Of a stretch of DNA of 64,000 nucleotides, positions 61,600 through 64,000 are shown in pieces (the stretch's first letter is position 1; each line of letters opens with the position of its first letter). The DNA is from Octopus sinensis. Lineage: Eukaryota. A program made the translations under genes and the position numbers. The notes beneath the pieces are model-generated. The model was not told the DNA's origin, ran no database searches, and worked only from the letters and a program-made list of their open reading frames with translations. The stretch is taken from positions 160,890,001 through 160,954,000 of the forward strand of contig NC_042998.1 in assembly GCF_006345805.1 (NCBI RefSeq), read 5' to 3'.

Positions 61600-63789
61600 T
61601 GACATGATACCTGAATAATTTTCCCCCAACACGCAATTAACTAGCAAGTCATAAGGTGGTCATTTCTGGACCAGTTTGGACAGCTGGGAATCATTTACAG
61701 CCAAGCCCTAAGAGTTCAGATTTATTCAGGTTAATTATAAGCATTATATCCCAATCAAAAATGGTAATGAAGAGAAAAGTGGAGAGGTTATGTGTAAAAA
61801 AAAAAATCACATACACTTTAGACATATCTGCATAAGTCTGAACAATTTCACAATTCATATGTGACTATTTGAGATATAGAGGAAAAAAAAATCAAAAGGT
61901 AACAGAATGGGGTGGGGGAATAAAAGACATTAAAAGAAAATTTTGGCTACAATTAATGAATTCATTAATATACACAACACAGGGTAACCACTGGTCTATT
62001 AAAGAATGTCTTCACAGTACACTTGCATTGAAGTGTTAGAAATCAAACATTAAGATTTCTATTTATCTTCAACAAACAGATGACACAAAGTTTTGATTAC
62101 TGTGATTAGTTTCTTGTTTGTAAATTTTAAGGTGTGACCAAAATCAATATAATAATCAATATGAAGATGCAAAGTTAGACCTTTGTAATTTTAATTTGTT
62201 TCAACTTATAAAGCAAATTAAAATTTAATTTGGGTCAAGATGTTTGATTATCTATGCAAAATGCATGAAGTCTTTTATGAATGGATAAACATGTGCATCT
62301 AAAATAAATTAACAAGGAGACAGTTATAAAATTTACAAAATCATTATAAAACAACTTGCTCATATCTTATATCACTGATATTTGGTAAGAAATGTTACCA
62401 ATTAAATTTATTTAATTTACAAAGAAGTATTTCTAAAGTTAAATACTTGTTAATTTCATAACAAGTAATTGATTCTTTTTCTAACAAAGTAAAGCAAAAA
62501 TAGTTTTTCATGAAGCAAATAAAAAAAGAAATCTTATCAATTAAAAGTACATTAGATCATCTGATGTAAAAGAGTTTGGATACATAATTCTCAGCAGAAA
62601 TTTCAGTGATTCTGTATATATTCAAATCTCACTGATTTTTAACTTTGACATTCAGCCACTTTCAATTGAAAGAGAGAGCATCACTAGTATATAGTTGAAT
62701 TAACCTCTAATATTCAATCCCTATTAAAAGAAATAACAATTACTGTATCAACACACAAATATACATCCCCCCACATTGTTGTGTGTGTGCACACACACAC
62801 ACACAAACAAATTATTGGTATTTACCTATATGCTATAGTGTTATGGATACATACAATAAATTACATTTAGCTTGTATTTATTATATAACCTATCACAAAC
62901 TTGAAAATATAATACTATTTTTTTCTTTTCTCTTTTTCAGTTGTAAACATTTAAGCAATCCCCCAGTATTACTCCTGGGTATTAATATTACATCTCAGTA
63001 ATTACTTTGTTCGAACAGAACATCCATGTTTAAGTGGGTATAAATATTACCATTCAAGAAACAATCCAAACAATATCAATAAACAATTTAGGAGCTCATG
63101 TAAATTTTGACTTGGTGTTTTTAGCATATGATGTTTCTTTTTTTTTTTAATTGGAATTATATATTTCAGAGTTTATTATATATATATTGAGCAAGTCATC
63201 TGATCCGAGACTGTTGTAACTTGAAACAATTACAACATTGAAAAGTTGTTTTGGTCATTTTAACAATACATAAAAATTGCTATATTCATGTTTCTTTTAT
63301 TTATTAATATGAAATAAAAAGTTTTTTTTTTTTTTGAAGTGCTAAAAAGTTTTGCTGCACTTCTGCAGCCTGGCCACTAACACAGTTCTTCTGCATCTGT
63401 GTCATAGAACTGTTCACATTTATTGTATGAAAAAAAAAGCCCCACTAAATGTGAAATTATTTTATTGTAGTAGAAATAAGACATACCCTTTATTCTATTA
63501 CTAGTGCATGGTGGAATTTGGGAATGTAATCACTCTATTATAATTGGTTGGAACAGAATTTTGGGTTTTTTTCCAGTACACATTTCTCCTCCCAATCCTT
63601 ACTCTGGGTCTCAAAAGGTCATGAGTACTGCCCCTCCTTCATGACTAATATATTTCTTTTTTTAAACTACTAGTAGTGAGAGGAATCTACATGAAAAATT
63701 TTTATTTAGGAACACAAAACTATAAAAAGATATAAGATGAATGAATGCAAAACAGATTTAGGATTCACACTTTGAAATAAAAATGAGTA

Positions 63790-63960
63790 ATTTGTTGCTG
63801 TTAATTTATAGTTTGCATTCAGACAGGTGAAGCTGTCTAGAATTACTTTATCCAATGTGTCCTTTCTTTTTTAAGATGGTAAGTGTGAGTTCAGAGAGAT
63901 TTTGATTCTATTTCTAGCAGATCAAGCATCTGTACAGAGGCTCTCCTGTTGGCTCATTGA
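63790..63960 (-). mobile_element. Family D SINE-like fragment
   Basis: ATCCAATGTGTCCTTTCTTTTTTAAGATGG...CTATTTCTAGCAGA block. Confidence 0.6.
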
Positions 63961-64000
63961 GCAATTAGATTATTTTGTATGCATAACACTTTATGAAATA

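Noticed and set aside
57468-64000. Upstream conserved basonuclin exon (expected ...LKILLDRLFS...DYIRGY.LQ)
   Set aside because: Not found by eye on the minus strand; presumably lies beyond the window.

Overview
AT-rich (roughly 70% AT by eye), microsatellite- and SINE-dense animal genomic DNA. The repeat landscape suggests an octopod cephalopod (inference, not verified). The only securely identified host gene is the 2,850-nt terminal coding exon of a basonuclin/disconnected-family C2H2 zinc-finger gene on the minus strand (54618-57467, three finger pairs). Its upstream exons were not found in the window. The first ~31 kb is packed with mobile DNA: a young 5'-truncated Tx1-clade LINE sitting inside a (TATC)n microsatellite, an R4/Dong-like fragment inside (TAA)n, a Penelope-like remnant interrupted by an RTE LINE, a mariner derivative, three adjacent foldback elements and about 30 SINE-like copies of four families. 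About 36-54.6 kb, downstream of the zinc-finger stop codon, is nearly free of young elements and may be a very long 3' UTR or regulatory domain. A 204-bp-arm foldback element in the zinc-finger gene intron carries a minimal hammerhead-ribozyme motif in each arm. Repeat boundaries were read by eye and are approximate (about +/-20 bp).
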